From the NCBI GenBank assembly GCA_963678315.1, contig OY782781.1, forward strand, positions 2,496,001 to 2,560,000: 64,000 nt of DNA, read 5' to 3'. The stretch is from Candidatus Cloacimonadales bacterium (lineage in GTDB: Bacteria > Cloacimonadota > Cloacimonadia > Cloacimonadales > JAFGVF01). Shown one piece after another: positions 29,509 to 40,138 of the stretch. Within the stretch, counting starts at the first letter, position 1, and every line of letters starts with the position of its first letter. The position numbers and the translations under genes are program-made. Below the pieces are notes generated by a model. That model had not been told where the DNA came from. It saw only the letters and a program-made list of their open reading frames with translations, and made no database searches.

Positions 29509-29646
29509 AGTCCCCAAGGGACGTCATAATGTATTAATCCCAAACGGATGTTATGTATTAGTCCTAAAAGGACGTCATGTACTAGCATGGGGTCTTGCAC
29601 CCCATGTCAAAGACACAAATGAATAGAGTCCTGAAGGGACGACATA
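29509..29646. repeat. Cluster of REP-like hairpins (AGTCC..AAGGGACG.CAT, about 4 copies, plus CATGGGG..CCCCATG)
   Basis: Copies at about 29509, 29536 (degenerate), 29560 and 29627. Confidence 0.75.
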
Positions 29647-29743
29647 AACTTTTAGTCCAGCTCATACAAATAGAAGGCTGATAACCAAGATAAAATGAGT
29701 TAGATACAGACATCTTGTCTGCTATTACAAGCTAGAAGAGTCC

Positions 29744-31930
29744 CTATTTCATTAACATCATTTTGCTTACTTCAGATTTACTAGCAACTTTTAACTTATA
29801 GAAGTAGATGCCTGAAGCAACATTAGCATTGTTAGAATTTTTACCATCCCAAGAATAATTGTGATAGCCTTTATCAAACTTGCCTTTGTAGATAGTCTTA
29901 ACTCTCTGCCCTTTTATGTTGAAAATTGCTAGTTCACCTTGACCAGCTACCGGAACAACAAACGAAATTTGAGTTCGACTGCTACCCTTAGATAATGAGT
30001 TAACAGGATTAAAAGGATTTGGATAGCTTTTCAAACCAAAAGAAGAACTTGTAGCTGGAATGGTTTCATTATCGGAGTTAGCAACAATTGTTCTTGATAA
30101 TGGAATATTCAAAACTAGCTCCTCTCCTTCAGTAACTGTTATATCTGGAATAATTAATTCTTCATAATCCCAGCGACTAACTACTACTGAATAAACACCA
30201 GCTCCACAAGGATAAATGTAGTTACCTAGTGAATCAGAAAATTCTGGTAGTTTATTCAATATCTGTATTTTAGCACAATCTACAGCTTGTCCTGAATGAG
30301 CATCATAAACATTCCCTACCAAACCACCTATATATACAGAATTATATTCATAAGCTCCTATATCTACAGTTCCATTTTCTGATTCTATTCTCTTATGATA
30401 TCTTATATCAAAATCTGGTAAACCCTCGATATTTAAACCTGCATCTATTGCTGGGGATTCAGGAGACAAAGTGTAGTCAGAACTTAATGTATCTGCAAAA
30501 AGTGGATCAGCATAGAGATGATTCTCTACATAGTAGTATTCTGAGTTCTCTGGAAATGGATTTATGCAACAATTGTTGATATACTCAGTTACATAAGGAT
30601 AGTTAATCCCATATCCATTTTCAATACCAATAATATTGTTTGTATAAACAGGGAGACAATCTCCAGAATTCAACTGAAAACTACTATAATTAACAAAAGT
30701 ATTATTATAGATTAATGGTGAACTATCATTAACATGCAGAGCTGAAACATTTTCATTTAAATTCTTATAGTCTACTAAATTATTATAGAAATAAATTTCA
30801 CCACCCGGAAACTCCCCTGTTGCTTCTTCAAATTCCAGTGTCGGAAAAGTTGGCCGGGTACTCTCTATAATATTATTATATACATAGAACTTATTTCCTT
30901 CTCTTGCCGACATTCTAACCTTAGTATTACCTATTAAATAGTTATCTGATACATAGTTTGTTCCAAACCCAACTGCTCCAATAGCTAATATATTATTATT
31001 GCTAATTGATTCTAGTTTATTTCTCCGTGCAAAAATGACATCTGTTGAGTCAGCTGAGAAGCCACTCAAACCTTTATTGCCATTGTAGGCATAATTACCA
31101 TAAGTAGATATTGAAGCATAATTATAATCTCGTAAAGGTTCATTTATTACTCGTCCATCAAAGTTGTCATAAAAGTTGTAGAGAAACAAAACCTTTTCAT
31201 CCCCTCTAAGGTTTACTAAACCTGAGTGCCCTGTAAAGTAACAACTAGCTATTGTTACCTCATAGTCTCTTAGAGGTGGATTTTCTTCTGACGTACCTAT
31301 AGTTAAGGCTTTTGAAGCGGAAAAATGAGGTAAGTAAATGTAACCTGTATCAAAAGAACACTTATAAATCACTAAATCCATACTAAGGTTTCCCGTACTT
31401 AATGCTATGTAATTATCTGTGAATGAACAATGACTAATATCTATTATCCCATTATCTAGTTCAAGAACTGCGAATGCCCGTTTATATTGTTCATAATCAC
31501 ATACAAAGCTATTATTTAAAACACAATGTTTGAAAGTTGACATAGGAGCATTTTCGGTAAAATATATCCCTCCCCACTTATAATCTTCATCTTCTTCATA
31601 TTTATCAAATGTTATTGGATTTTCAAGACTACCTACAGCAATTATTGTTCCATCAACAATAATCTTCTTAGCATAAGGTTCTCCAGCGTTTGTCGGTCCA
31701 CTCCATTCAAAATCACCACTGCAATTAATGTCAGCACCATAGGCTAAAATCTCAGTTCCCGGAAGAATAGTTAAAGTAACATCGCTATCAACATAAAGAA
31801 AGGATGTTATAATATAAGGATTGTTCTCAGCTGACCATATAGTATCTTCAGTAAGATGACCACCTACTTCTATTGCAAAAATACCAAAAACCAAGAACAT
31901 ATAAGACAAAATCAGTATATTTTTCTTCAT
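29744..31930 (-). CDS. Secreted right-handed beta-helix (pectin-lyase-like) protein with carboxypeptidase-regulatory-like and C-terminal sorting domains
   Basis: W....NPY.I......LTI.PGT start; Asn-rich repeats; DPLF..DY.L...SPAIDAG..DIGAYEY; SYPNPFNP...SKMMLMK; ATG at 31930 fits AGGAG RBS. Confidence 0.75.
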   Translation of the reverse strand: MKKNILILSYMFLVFGIFAIEVGGHLTEDTIWSAENNPYIITSFLYVDSDVTLTILPGTEILAYGADINCSGDFEWSGPTNAGEPYAKKIIVDGTIIAVGSLENPITFDKYEEDEDYKWGGIYFTENAPMSTFKHCVLNNSFVCDYEQYKRAFAVLELDNGIIDISHCSFTDNYIALSTGNLSMDLVIYKCSFDTGYIYLPHFSASKALTIGTSEENPPLRDYEVTIASCYFTGHSGLVNLRGDEKVLFLYNFYDNFDGRVINEPLRDYNYASISTYGNYAYNGNKGLSGFSADSTDVIFARRNKLESISNNNILAIGAVGFGTNYVSDNYLIGNTKVRMSAREGNKFYVYNNIIESTRPTFPTLEFEEATGEFPGGEIYFYNNLVDYKNLNENVSALHVNDSSPLIYNNTFVNYSSFQLNSGDCLPVYTNNIIGIENGYGINYPYVTEYINNCCINPFPENSEYYYVENHLYADPLFADTLSSDYTLSPESPAIDAGLNIEGLPDFDIRYHKRIESENGTVDIGAYEYNSVYIGGLVGNVYDAHSGQAVDCAKIQILNKLPEFSDSLGNYIYPCGAGVYSVVVSRWDYEELIIPDITVTEGEELVLNIPLSRTIVANSDNETIPATSSSFGLKSYPNPFNPVNSLSKGSSRTQISFVVPVAGQGELAIFNIKGQRVKTIYKGKFDKGYHNYSWDGKNSNNANVASGIYFYKLKVASKSEVSKMMLMK

Positions 31931-32460
31931 TTTCACTCCTTAAATCCTAGGGCTTCGACTATCCGAAGCCCTTTTATGTTCATACTATTTCATTAACATC
32001 ATTTTTTGTAAATGATTATTATTTTTTTGTTTAATTTTAACGAGGTAAACTCCCTCATTGAATAATCGGCATTTTTTCAAAGGCACAAGTAAGGGCGACC
32101 TTTCTAACCTTTTACTCTAATCTATCTAAAAACTCACTAGGCTCCTGCATAAAAACACAATTTAATGCAGGAGACCCTTTATAAGCAGTTGCTTGTAATA
32201 AGACATATAAGATTATTTTTTTAGATCAAGTATTCAAACATAAGTAATCTTTATTCGAATATTATTCTATATATATGTGTTTTATTAAATTCAAAATTAC
32301 GGGAAAAGTTAATATTACTCTATTAATAATTGAGAAGATGTGGCTTAGTAACGTTTGAAAACACTTAGACCATACTACTTTTCGACTATAATAATTTCCT
32401 GTTCGAAAAACATCTTGACACTATTTTGTTATTAAGAAAAAGTGTTCTTAGGATGGAAAT

Positions 32461-33069
32461 ATGAAAAATAAGAAAGATATTATAATTAAAAAAGCAAAAA
32501 TGTTATTTGGGAAATATGGGTATGGCAAAACATCTTTGAATGATATTGCTAATTCTACTAAGTTTGGAATTGGAACAATATATTATTACTTTTCAAGTAA
32601 AGAAGAGATTTTTGCTGAGATTTTTAAGCAAACCCATGATTTGTTTTTAGATAATGTGAATGAAATTTATCATTCAAATGCATCTATAATAGACAAATTA
32701 GTGGAAATATTTACCTTCCCATCAAAATTTTTAGATACTATAAATCTGAATATCTTCACAGAAATTAATGAATTTCCACAACAAATCATGCATGACTGTT
32801 TTGCTTTAAAGAATAATATTGTTGAGAGAGTAAAGACTATAACCCTAGATCTTTTAGACCAAGGACAAGAATCAGGAGAAATTAGATCAGATATAGACTG
32901 TCATAATTTTGCTAAGATACTTTTTTATCTATTCAGATATGTTAACCCTGTTGAAGATTTAGATTGCTTGATAAGTCATGTTGAATTTTTAAGCCAGAAC
33001 AAAAAAATCATCCATGGTTTCTTTACTAACCACTTGAAGAAAGTTGAGTATAATCAAAATTTAATATAA
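32461..33069 (+). CDS. TetR/AcrR family transcriptional regulator
   Basis: LF...GY.KTSL.DIA.....GTIYYYFSSKEEIF helix-turn-helix. Confidence 0.93.
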   Translation: MKNKKDIIIKKAKMLFGKYGYGKTSLNDIANSTKFGIGTIYYYFSSKEEIFAEIFKQTHDLFLDNVNEIYHSNASIIDKLVEIFTFPSKFLDTINLNIFTEINEFPQQIMHDCFALKNNIVERVKTITLDLLDQGQESGEIRSDIDCHNFAKILFYLFRYVNPVEDLDCLISHVEFLSQNKKIIHGFFTNHLKKVEYNQNLI

Positions 33070-33082
33070 AAAAGAGGTAATT

Positions 33083-34453
33083 TTGAAAAAGAGTTTATTT
33101 ATGTTACTAACTTTAATTCCGATGTTGATGCAGGGAATTAATTTAGATGATGCTATTTCACAGGCAATTGACAACAATAAAGAATTACAGTCATTAGCCT
33201 ATGATATTCAGATAACTGAAAAAGATATTGATATTGCGTATAGTAATGCTTTGCCTCAAGTTAATTTTGAAGGGGGCTTAAAATATACAGAAACCCATAA
33301 CCCTGATGCATTCACAACCGTGCCTAGCAATGTAGTTAATTCACTTGATGAGAATGCAACAGCTAATGAAGAGCTTCTAGCTGCACATACAAATGCACTG
33401 TATGATGGATTAATACCTGATGAAGAAGTTGAAGCAGTGCAAGTTGCTGGTTCTATTAATCTTCAACAATTAATATATGCTGGTGGAACTGTATCTAATT
33501 ATATTGATATTTCTAAGAAGATGTTAGACATCAAAAGTAAGCAATATGAGTTACAAAAAAGAAATACTATTTATAAGACTAAAGAACTATTCTACCAAAG
33601 TTTGCTAGCAAGAGATGTTGTTCAAATTACTAGAGAATCTTATGATTTAGCAAATGAACATTATAAATTAGTTCAAAAACTTTACGAAGACGATATGTCT
33701 TCTGAATATGATATGTTAAGGGCTGAATTAGAAGTTTCTAAGATTGAGCCACAGGTTCAGGAAGCTGAGAACAATTACGAGATTGTAGTTTCTGCTTTAG
33801 AACAACATTTAGGAAACATTTCTATAGCTTCTATTGAGGGTTCGATTGAATTGCCAGTCTATGAGGATTTTACATTGAAACAATGTTACATAGAGATGTT
33901 GAACAACAGAATTGAATTACAATTAACTGAAAAGAGCCTTGATATAAAGAAAATCCAATACGATATAGCCAAAGGTAATTTTCTACCTAAAGTTGCTTTT
34001 GAGGCTGGAGTAAGTTTGTTTTCACAGGATGACGAACTTCAGACTGATGGAGATTACTATGGTCATGAGTATTCATTAGGATTAGGAGTGTCTATTCCTA
34101 TATTTAGTGGCTTTTCAAATTCAAATAACTTAAAGAAAAGTAAAATTGCTATCCGTCAGCAAAACCTTAACAATGCTGATTTAGAAGATAAGCTTAGACT
34201 AGAAGTAAAACAAAATTTATTGAATTTAGAAAAGGTTGAAGAGACAGTTAAGACACAAGAGAAGAATCTTTCACTAGCCCAAACAGGTTATGAGATTGCT
34301 CAAACTAGATATAATAATCAAGTTGGAATACAACTAGAGCTATTTGATGCTCAAATTCAGTTAGAACAAGCTAAATTAGAGCTTAAGAATGCAATTTACA
34401 ATGTTATAATAAATAAAGAAAAATTAGAACTTTCTCTGGGTAGAGAACTATAG
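33083..34453 (+). CDS. TolC-family outer membrane efflux protein
   Basis: LDDAI..A..NN.EL, two LP.V..E.G repeats, coiled coils; operon context. Confidence 0.9.
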   Translation: MKKSLFMLLTLIPMLMQGINLDDAISQAIDNNKELQSLAYDIQITEKDIDIAYSNALPQVNFEGGLKYTETHNPDAFTTVPSNVVNSLDENATANEELLAAHTNALYDGLIPDEEVEAVQVAGSINLQQLIYAGGTVSNYIDISKKMLDIKSKQYELQKRNTIYKTKELFYQSLLARDVVQITRESYDLANEHYKLVQKLYEDDMSSEYDMLRAELEVSKIEPQVQEAENNYEIVVSALEQHLGNISIASIEGSIELPVYEDFTLKQCYIEMLNNRIELQLTEKSLDIKKIQYDIAKGNFLPKVAFEAGVSLFSQDDELQTDGDYYGHEYSLGLGVSIPIFSGFSNSNNLKKSKIAIRQQNLNNADLEDKLRLEVKQNLLNLEKVEETVKTQEKNLSLAQTGYEIAQTRYNNQVGIQLELFDAQIQLEQAKLELKNAIYNVIINKEKLELSLGREL

Positions 34454-34465
34454 GAGTGTGATATT

Positions 34466-35485
34466 ATGAAGAGACTATCAATTATATTATTGAGTGGATT
34501 ATTATTATTTGGGTGTTCACGCGAAGAAGTAAAAGCTCCAGACAGTATGGAAACAATACAAAAAAAACAAGGTGTACCTGTCAAAGTAGAAACAGTTGAA
34601 AAACAAGATTTTGAGAAGTACTTAACATTCAAGGGGCAAATAAAAGGTAATCAAGAAAGTACTGTTGTATCGATGATTGCAGGTAAAATTGAATCTATAC
34701 AAAAGGATGTTAACGATTACGTTAAAGAAGATGATATAATTTTAACTGTTCCTAATGATGTACCAGCAAGTCAATATAATCAAGTTAAAGAATCTTATGA
34801 ACTTGCACAAAAGACCTTCGAAAGAATGCAAAGTTTATATGAAAAAGGGGCTATATCTAAACAGGATTTAGACCAAACTGAAACTCAATTTCAAGTAAGT
34901 AAATCAAATTATGAGTCTGTATCTAAGACAGTAAATGTTGAAGCTCCTATTAGTGGTAAAATTGGGGTAATGTATGCAGAACTTGGTACAGAAGTTGCTC
35001 CTGGCACTAAGCTGTTTAAGATAGTTGATGATAGCAGATTTAGAGTAAGAATTAATGTTCCTGAACAACAAATTATTCATATTAATGAAAATCAAAAAGC
35101 AACTGCAATCTGGAATAACATTGAACTGGAAGGAAAAGTTGAAAAAGTATCTTCAAGTTTAGATGAGGATTCTAATTCCTTCTTAGTTGATTTAATCTTT
35201 AAAAATCCTGGCAATAATATAAAGACTGGCGTTACAGCTGAAGTTAGACTAAAAACATATACCAATAACAGCTTTGTGGTTAACGAACAATATCTACTTA
35301 AAGAATCAGATTCAGCATATTTATACTTAAATGAGAATAGTAAAGCAGTAAAAACTAAAGTAATTTTAGGAAATAGTTTCAAAGGTCAATTCGAAATTCT
35401 TAGCGGTATTAGTGAAAACGACCTTCTAATCACTGAAGGTTCTAAAATGGTAGAAAATGACATGTTAATCAAGGTTATTCGCTAA
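34466..35485 (+). CDS. RND periplasmic adaptor (MFP) lipoprotein
   Basis: LLFGC lipobox, L.EKGAIS.Q.LD, V.APISG, EILSGI. Confidence 0.9.
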   Translation: MKRLSIILLSGLLLFGCSREEVKAPDSMETIQKKQGVPVKVETVEKQDFEKYLTFKGQIKGNQESTVVSMIAGKIESIQKDVNDYVKEDDIILTVPNDVPASQYNQVKESYELAQKTFERMQSLYEKGAISKQDLDQTETQFQVSKSNYESVSKTVNVEAPISGKIGVMYAELGTEVAPGTKLFKIVDDSRFRVRINVPEQQIIHINENQKATAIWNNIELEGKVEKVSSSLDEDSNSFLVDLIFKNPGNNIKTGVTAEVRLKTYTNNSFVVNEQYLLKESDSAYLYLNENSKAVKTKVILGNSFKGQFEILSGISENDLLITEGSKMVENDMLIKVIR

Positions 35486-35494
35486 GGAGAGATA

Positions 35495-38400
35495 ATGTTT
35501 CTATCAAAACTATCAATAAAACGACCAATTCTGATAACAATGGTACTCTCACTATTCGTAGTGCTAGGAGTTATCGGTTATCAAAACATGTCTCTGGATC
35601 TAATGCCTACAGTGGATATACCAGTGGTAACAATTCAGACAGTATATGCTGGAGCAGGTCCTGAAGAAGTGGAAACACAAGTCACTAAAAAACTTGAAGA
35701 TGAAATAGCAACTATATCAGAAATAGATTATTTCCAATCTTATTCATTAGATAACGTCTCAATCATTATGATTAGGTTCTTGCTTACAAAAGACGTAGAT
35801 GTCGCCAAACAAGAAGTTAAAGATAAAGTCGATGCTATAATAAATAATATGCCTTCTGGTGTTGATAAACCAGTTGTTGAAAAGTTTGAAGTTGGTGCTG
35901 ACCCAGTAATCAACTTAGTTTTAGGTGGTCAAGCATCAGGTAAAGAACTATATGAATATGCAGATAAAAAGCTAAAAGATAGATTTTCTCAAATGCCAGG
36001 TATCGCTAAAGTAGATATTATTGGTGGTGATGAAAGACAAATTCACGTAGCATTCGATAATGCTGTTCTTAAAACTAATAAGATTTCTATGGCACAAGTG
36101 AGTCAAATCTTAGCAGCTAACAATATAGATATTCCTTCTGGAAACTTTACTAGAGGTAATCAAGACTATTCAGTAAAAACTAAAGGTAAATTTGAAAAAG
36201 TTGATGATATAAAAAACTTAGACCTTCCCACAGCATTCGGTAGTAAGAAATTAGGACAGATTGCTAGCGTAACAGATACAACTAAGTCTGTTAGAGAAAG
36301 AGCTATGTATTTCAACCATAAGAAAAATAACTTGGAAGAAAATATTGTTAAGATATCACTAATCAAGAGTTCTGATGGTAACACTGTAGAAATAGCTAAA
36401 GCTGTTCATGAAGAGCTACCAAACATCAAAGAGGATCTTCCTGAAAATATGAACCTAACAGTAACTAAAGATGGTTCTACATTTATTGAAGCTACAGTTA
36501 AAGACACACTATCCAACATTATTTTGGGTGTTCTATTTACAGCTTTGGTTTTAATGTTCTTCTTACATGATTGGCGTTCAACTATTATTGTAGCTCTATC
36601 AATGCCTTTCTCTATCATTGGCACCATTGGCCTTGCTTATATGTCAGGTTTCACCTTAAACATAATGTCATTGATGGCGATATCTACTTCGGTGGGTATT
36701 ATTGTGACGAACTCGGTGGTTGTTATTGAGAACATCTTTAAACATAAAGAGATGGGTGCAAACAAAAGAGAATCAGCTGATAAAGGTACTTCAGAAATAT
36801 TCGTTGCTGTATTAGCATCAACATTAACAAATATCATGGTATTCTTACCAATTGCAAACATGTCAGGTATGGCAGGTCGATTCTTTATAGAATTTGCATT
36901 AACTGTGACTTATGCTACAATATTCTCTTTAATATCATCATTCACATTAACACCAATGCTATCATCATTAATACTACCTGAAAAACCTAAAAAGGGTAAA
37001 GCTGGATTAGCAATCGAGAAGATGTTAAAAGGTCTAGAGAATGCTTATTCAAGATCACTTCACGCTATTATTGATAAGAAGTTTATAGCAACTATAATTC
37101 TCATTTTAACTGTTGGCTTACTCATGTTCAGTCTTAACCTATTAAAAGATGTTGGAATGGAATTTGCTCCAACAATGGACGAAGGTGATATTTCAGTAAA
37201 AATTGAACTTCCACAAGGATATGATTTAACTTCAACTAAAGAAATTGCAATTGATATTGTTGATATCATAAAGACTCATAAAGAAGTGGAACATACAACC
37301 ATTGACTTAGGAAAACAAGGTGATACAGATGTTGGAGTTAACCTATCTCTTATTAGTATTAAACTAGTTGATGCCAAAGAACGAGAATTAAAAACTGCAG
37401 ATTTAGCTCAACAACTTATAGAAGAGTGTGCTGCTATTCCAAATGCAAAGATTTCTATAACAGCAAAATCATCTACAGGTTCAGGACAAGATCCAATTGA
37501 GCTCTATGTTCTAGGTCAAGATATGAATCAGTTAATAACTTATTCAGATACACTTTCTGCAAGAATGAAACTAATTCCTGGTATAACTAATGTAAATACT
37601 AGTTATAAAAGAGGTAAAAAGGATATTACTGTAATACCTCGACGTGATAAGCTTTCCGAACTAAACACAAGTGTAGCTGAGTTTGCTATGGCTCTAAGAT
37701 ATGCAGTTGATGGAATAGATGACACTTCTTTCACTGAAAATAACGAAGACTATGATTTATTAGTTACCATGAATGATGACCAGATTGTTTCAACACTAGA
37801 TATTGAAAACATGCCAATGACCAATAGCATGGGTTCTACTAATATATTAAGTCAAATTGCTAATGTTTCTCAAGAACCGGCCTTTAATATGCTACAAAGA
37901 AGAAACAAGTTTTCTGCTATTAAGATAACTGCTGGTAATGCTCCTGGTTTCACTATTGGTAAGCTTCAACAAGATATTGATAAAATTGTTGAAGATTTAG
38001 ATTTAGACAATGGTTATAAAGTAGAATATGGTGGTGATGCACAAATGATGGGTGAAACTAATAAAGATATGGCTAACGCTATGCTATTGGCTATTATCCT
38101 GACCTATATGCTTCTAGCTGCTATATTAGAAAGTTTCATTCAACCTCTTCTAATCTTTGTTACCCTACCATTAGCAATGATTGGTGTGGCTATAATTATG
38201 TATCTAACTAATACAGCCTTTAATATTATATCACTTCTTTCTATCATGATGTTGATAGGTATTGTGGTTAATAACGCTATTCTTATCATGGAATACTATA
38301 ATCAATTAAGAGCTCAAGGTAAGAAAATCAGAGAATCGCTTGTTACAGCTTCAACTGCTAAACTTAGACCTATTCTAATGTCCACAATTGCTATCATTAT

Positions 38401-38560
38401 TGGTATGCTTCCAATGGCTTTAGGTATGGGTGATGCTGGTGCTGAAATGAGACAAGGAATGGGACTTGTTACTATTGGTGGTGTTACTAGCTCTATGCTA
38501 CTTACTCTTTATATCTTACCTGCTATGATAAGTCTTGGTGCTAAGAAAAAGCATTTATAG
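35495..38560 (+). CDS. RND efflux permease (AcrB/MdtB-like)
   Basis: SIKRP, Y.GA.PEEVET.VT..LE, GIVVNNAIL, RPILMST, MLPMALG. Confidence 0.95.
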   Translation: MFLSKLSIKRPILITMVLSLFVVLGVIGYQNMSLDLMPTVDIPVVTIQTVYAGAGPEEVETQVTKKLEDEIATISEIDYFQSYSLDNVSIIMIRFLLTKDVDVAKQEVKDKVDAIINNMPSGVDKPVVEKFEVGADPVINLVLGGQASGKELYEYADKKLKDRFSQMPGIAKVDIIGGDERQIHVAFDNAVLKTNKISMAQVSQILAANNIDIPSGNFTRGNQDYSVKTKGKFEKVDDIKNLDLPTAFGSKKLGQIASVTDTTKSVRERAMYFNHKKNNLEENIVKISLIKSSDGNTVEIAKAVHEELPNIKEDLPENMNLTVTKDGSTFIEATVKDTLSNIILGVLFTALVLMFFLHDWRSTIIVALSMPFSIIGTIGLAYMSGFTLNIMSLMAISTSVGIIVTNSVVVIENIFKHKEMGANKRESADKGTSEIFVAVLASTLTNIMVFLPIANMSGMAGRFFIEFALTVTYATIFSLISSFTLTPMLSSLILPEKPKKGKAGLAIEKMLKGLENAYSRSLHAIIDKKFIATIILILTVGLLMFSLNLLKDVGMEFAPTMDEGDISVKIELPQGYDLTSTKEIAIDIVDIIKTHKEVEHTTIDLGKQGDTDVGVNLSLISIKLVDAKERELKTADLAQQLIEECAAIPNAKISITAKSSTGSGQDPIELYVLGQDMNQLITYSDTLSARMKLIPGITNVNTSYKRGKKDITVIPRRDKLSELNTSVAEFAMALRYAVDGIDDTSFTENNEDYDLLVTMNDDQIVSTLDIENMPMTNSMGSTNILSQIANVSQEPAFNMLQRRNKFSAIKITAGNAPGFTIGKLQQDIDKIVEDLDLDNGYKVEYGGDAQMMGETNKDMANAMLLAIILTYMLLAAILESFIQPLLIFVTLPLAMIGVAIIMYLTNTAFNIISLLSIMMLIGIVVNNAILIMEYYNQLRAQGKKIRESLVTASTAKLRPILMSTIAIIIGMLPMALGMGDAGAEMRQGMGLVTIGGVTSSMLLTLYILPAMISLGAKKKHL

Positions 38561-38569
38561 GATTAAACA

Positions 38570-38752
38570 ATGACAAACCAACATAAATCAAACTTACTTA
38601 ACATAACACAAGATATCGACTTAACATCGATGCATAGTAAGTTTACTCCTAGACTCAAAAAGGAATCAGGTTACCCTAAACCAAGGGTAACCTATTCCAA
38701 AGAAGTAATTAAACAATTCATAATATATACTTCCCTACCCTCAATGAAGTAA
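38570..38752 (+). CDS. Possible small hypothetical protein
   Basis: Starts 9 nt after the RND stop with a weak AGGA RBS; no recognisable motif. Confidence 0.3.
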   Translation: MTNQHKSNLLNITQDIDLTSMHSKFTPRLKKESGYPKPRVTYSKEVIKQFIIYTSLPSMK

Positions 38753-38835
38753 TAGTAGTGCACATATATCTCCAAAGTTTATGCATTACTACGATTTACT
38801 CCATTAAGTTCTAAGTAAAAAACCTTCGGGTTTTC

Positions 38836-38865
38836 AGCAGAGATTCCCCAAATCTCTGCTTTTTT
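38836..38865 (+). terminator. Rho-independent terminator
   Basis: AGCAGAGATT-cccca-AATCTCTGCT followed by a T run. Confidence 0.75.
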
Positions 38866-38879
38866 TATATAATATATCC

Positions 38880-40025
38880 CTACTTATTATCCATATATTC
38901 ATTCATTATTGTAAAGAAATCACCTACCCACTCAGGTGGATTATCAAGCGGTTCTGTCCCCATAAATGATGCAAGTGAATCTTCGTGTTCAGGATCAAAG
39001 CCATGCATACCAGGAAGAGATTTTACTCCCATATCACATGGAACAATCTGAGTTCCTGCATCCATTAAAAGAATCTCATCGCCATACATATTATCAGGGA
39101 AATCAATGCCATATTTAATTTTATCTTCTTTAGTTAGAAGTTTTGCATGAGGGATAGTTTTTGCTTTATTTAGTATATGAGAACGACAAGCGTCATTCAA
39201 GAACCAGAAATGAACCATAGTAGAATCATAGGCTGCGACATAATCTTTGCCAAAGTTAAAGCCTAGTGATTCTATCTCTTTTTTAACATCTACTTCATGA
39301 GTTAGAGTAGTCATACCATGGTCTGATATAACGAATAAAGAATAGTCTTCATAGTGCTTTTCTACTTCAGCAACCAGCTGTTTAATCTTATTGGCATACC
39401 AATCAAGCTTTGGTTGAATCTCTTTACCATCTTTAGTGACCATGTGTAGCAAACCATCTAGTTTTGCAGTATATAGAAAAGCAAAGTCTACATTCTCTTT
39501 TTTTACATCCCCAATGAGAGCATCTATATTTTGTTCTTCAGTCAATCTCCAATTAGATATATGGTAAGGAATATTCTTTTCTTCCAAGACATCTGCAAGA
39601 TTCTTTGTTGGAGCAAGACCTCCAGGAACAAACAAATCAGTCTTTTCAATGTAATCAAAGTATTGTAGTCTATCAAAAGGCATAGAATATATCTCAAAAT
39701 ACCCAGTATAACCTTTCATCTTTTTGATTATCTTGGAGAATTGATGTCTGAATCGCCATCTATCAAAGATAACACCTGGTAGGTATTTAAGGACTTTAAA
39801 CATTTTGAAAGGTGACTCTTCAGGATTATAGTAATAAAAGCTTAAATGCTTATGTTCTTGAGGTGTTTTACCTGTAAGAATAGTTGGTATAGCTGTACAT
39901 GAATATCCGAACTGCATCTTCGCAGGATATCGGTAAGGAAGTAAATCTTCTAGAAAATTATACTTCTTTTGTATCTCCCAGCCAAAAGCATCTATGAACA
40001 TAAATATAGAGATTTTCTTTTTCAT
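38880..40025 (-). CDS. Alkaline-phosphatase-superfamily protein (nucleotide pyrophosphatase/phosphodiesterase-like)
   Basis: FIDAFG, GYSCTA.PTILTG, LDGLLH, ISDHGM, GMHGF metal-ligand motifs. Confidence 0.85.
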   Translation of the reverse strand: MKKKISIFMFIDAFGWEIQKKYNFLEDLLPYRYPAKMQFGYSCTAIPTILTGKTPQEHKHLSFYYYNPEESPFKMFKVLKYLPGVIFDRWRFRHQFSKIIKKMKGYTGYFEIYSMPFDRLQYFDYIEKTDLFVPGGLAPTKNLADVLEEKNIPYHISNWRLTEEQNIDALIGDVKKENVDFAFLYTAKLDGLLHMVTKDGKEIQPKLDWYANKIKQLVAEVEKHYEDYSLFVISDHGMTTLTHEVDVKKEIESLGFNFGKDYVAAYDSTMVHFWFLNDACRSHILNKAKTIPHAKLLTKEDKIKYGIDFPDNMYGDEILLMDAGTQIVPCDMGVKSLPGMHGFDPEHEDSLASFMGTEPLDNPPEWVGDFFTIMNEYMDNK

Positions 40026-40138
40026 AATTCCTCCAATTACACTACAAAAGATAAGTGATTATTCTTATTAGTCAATAAATGTTATAAAAAAGAAGCGTTG
40101 TGATATAAAACACAACGCTTAATATTATCTTAAATCTA

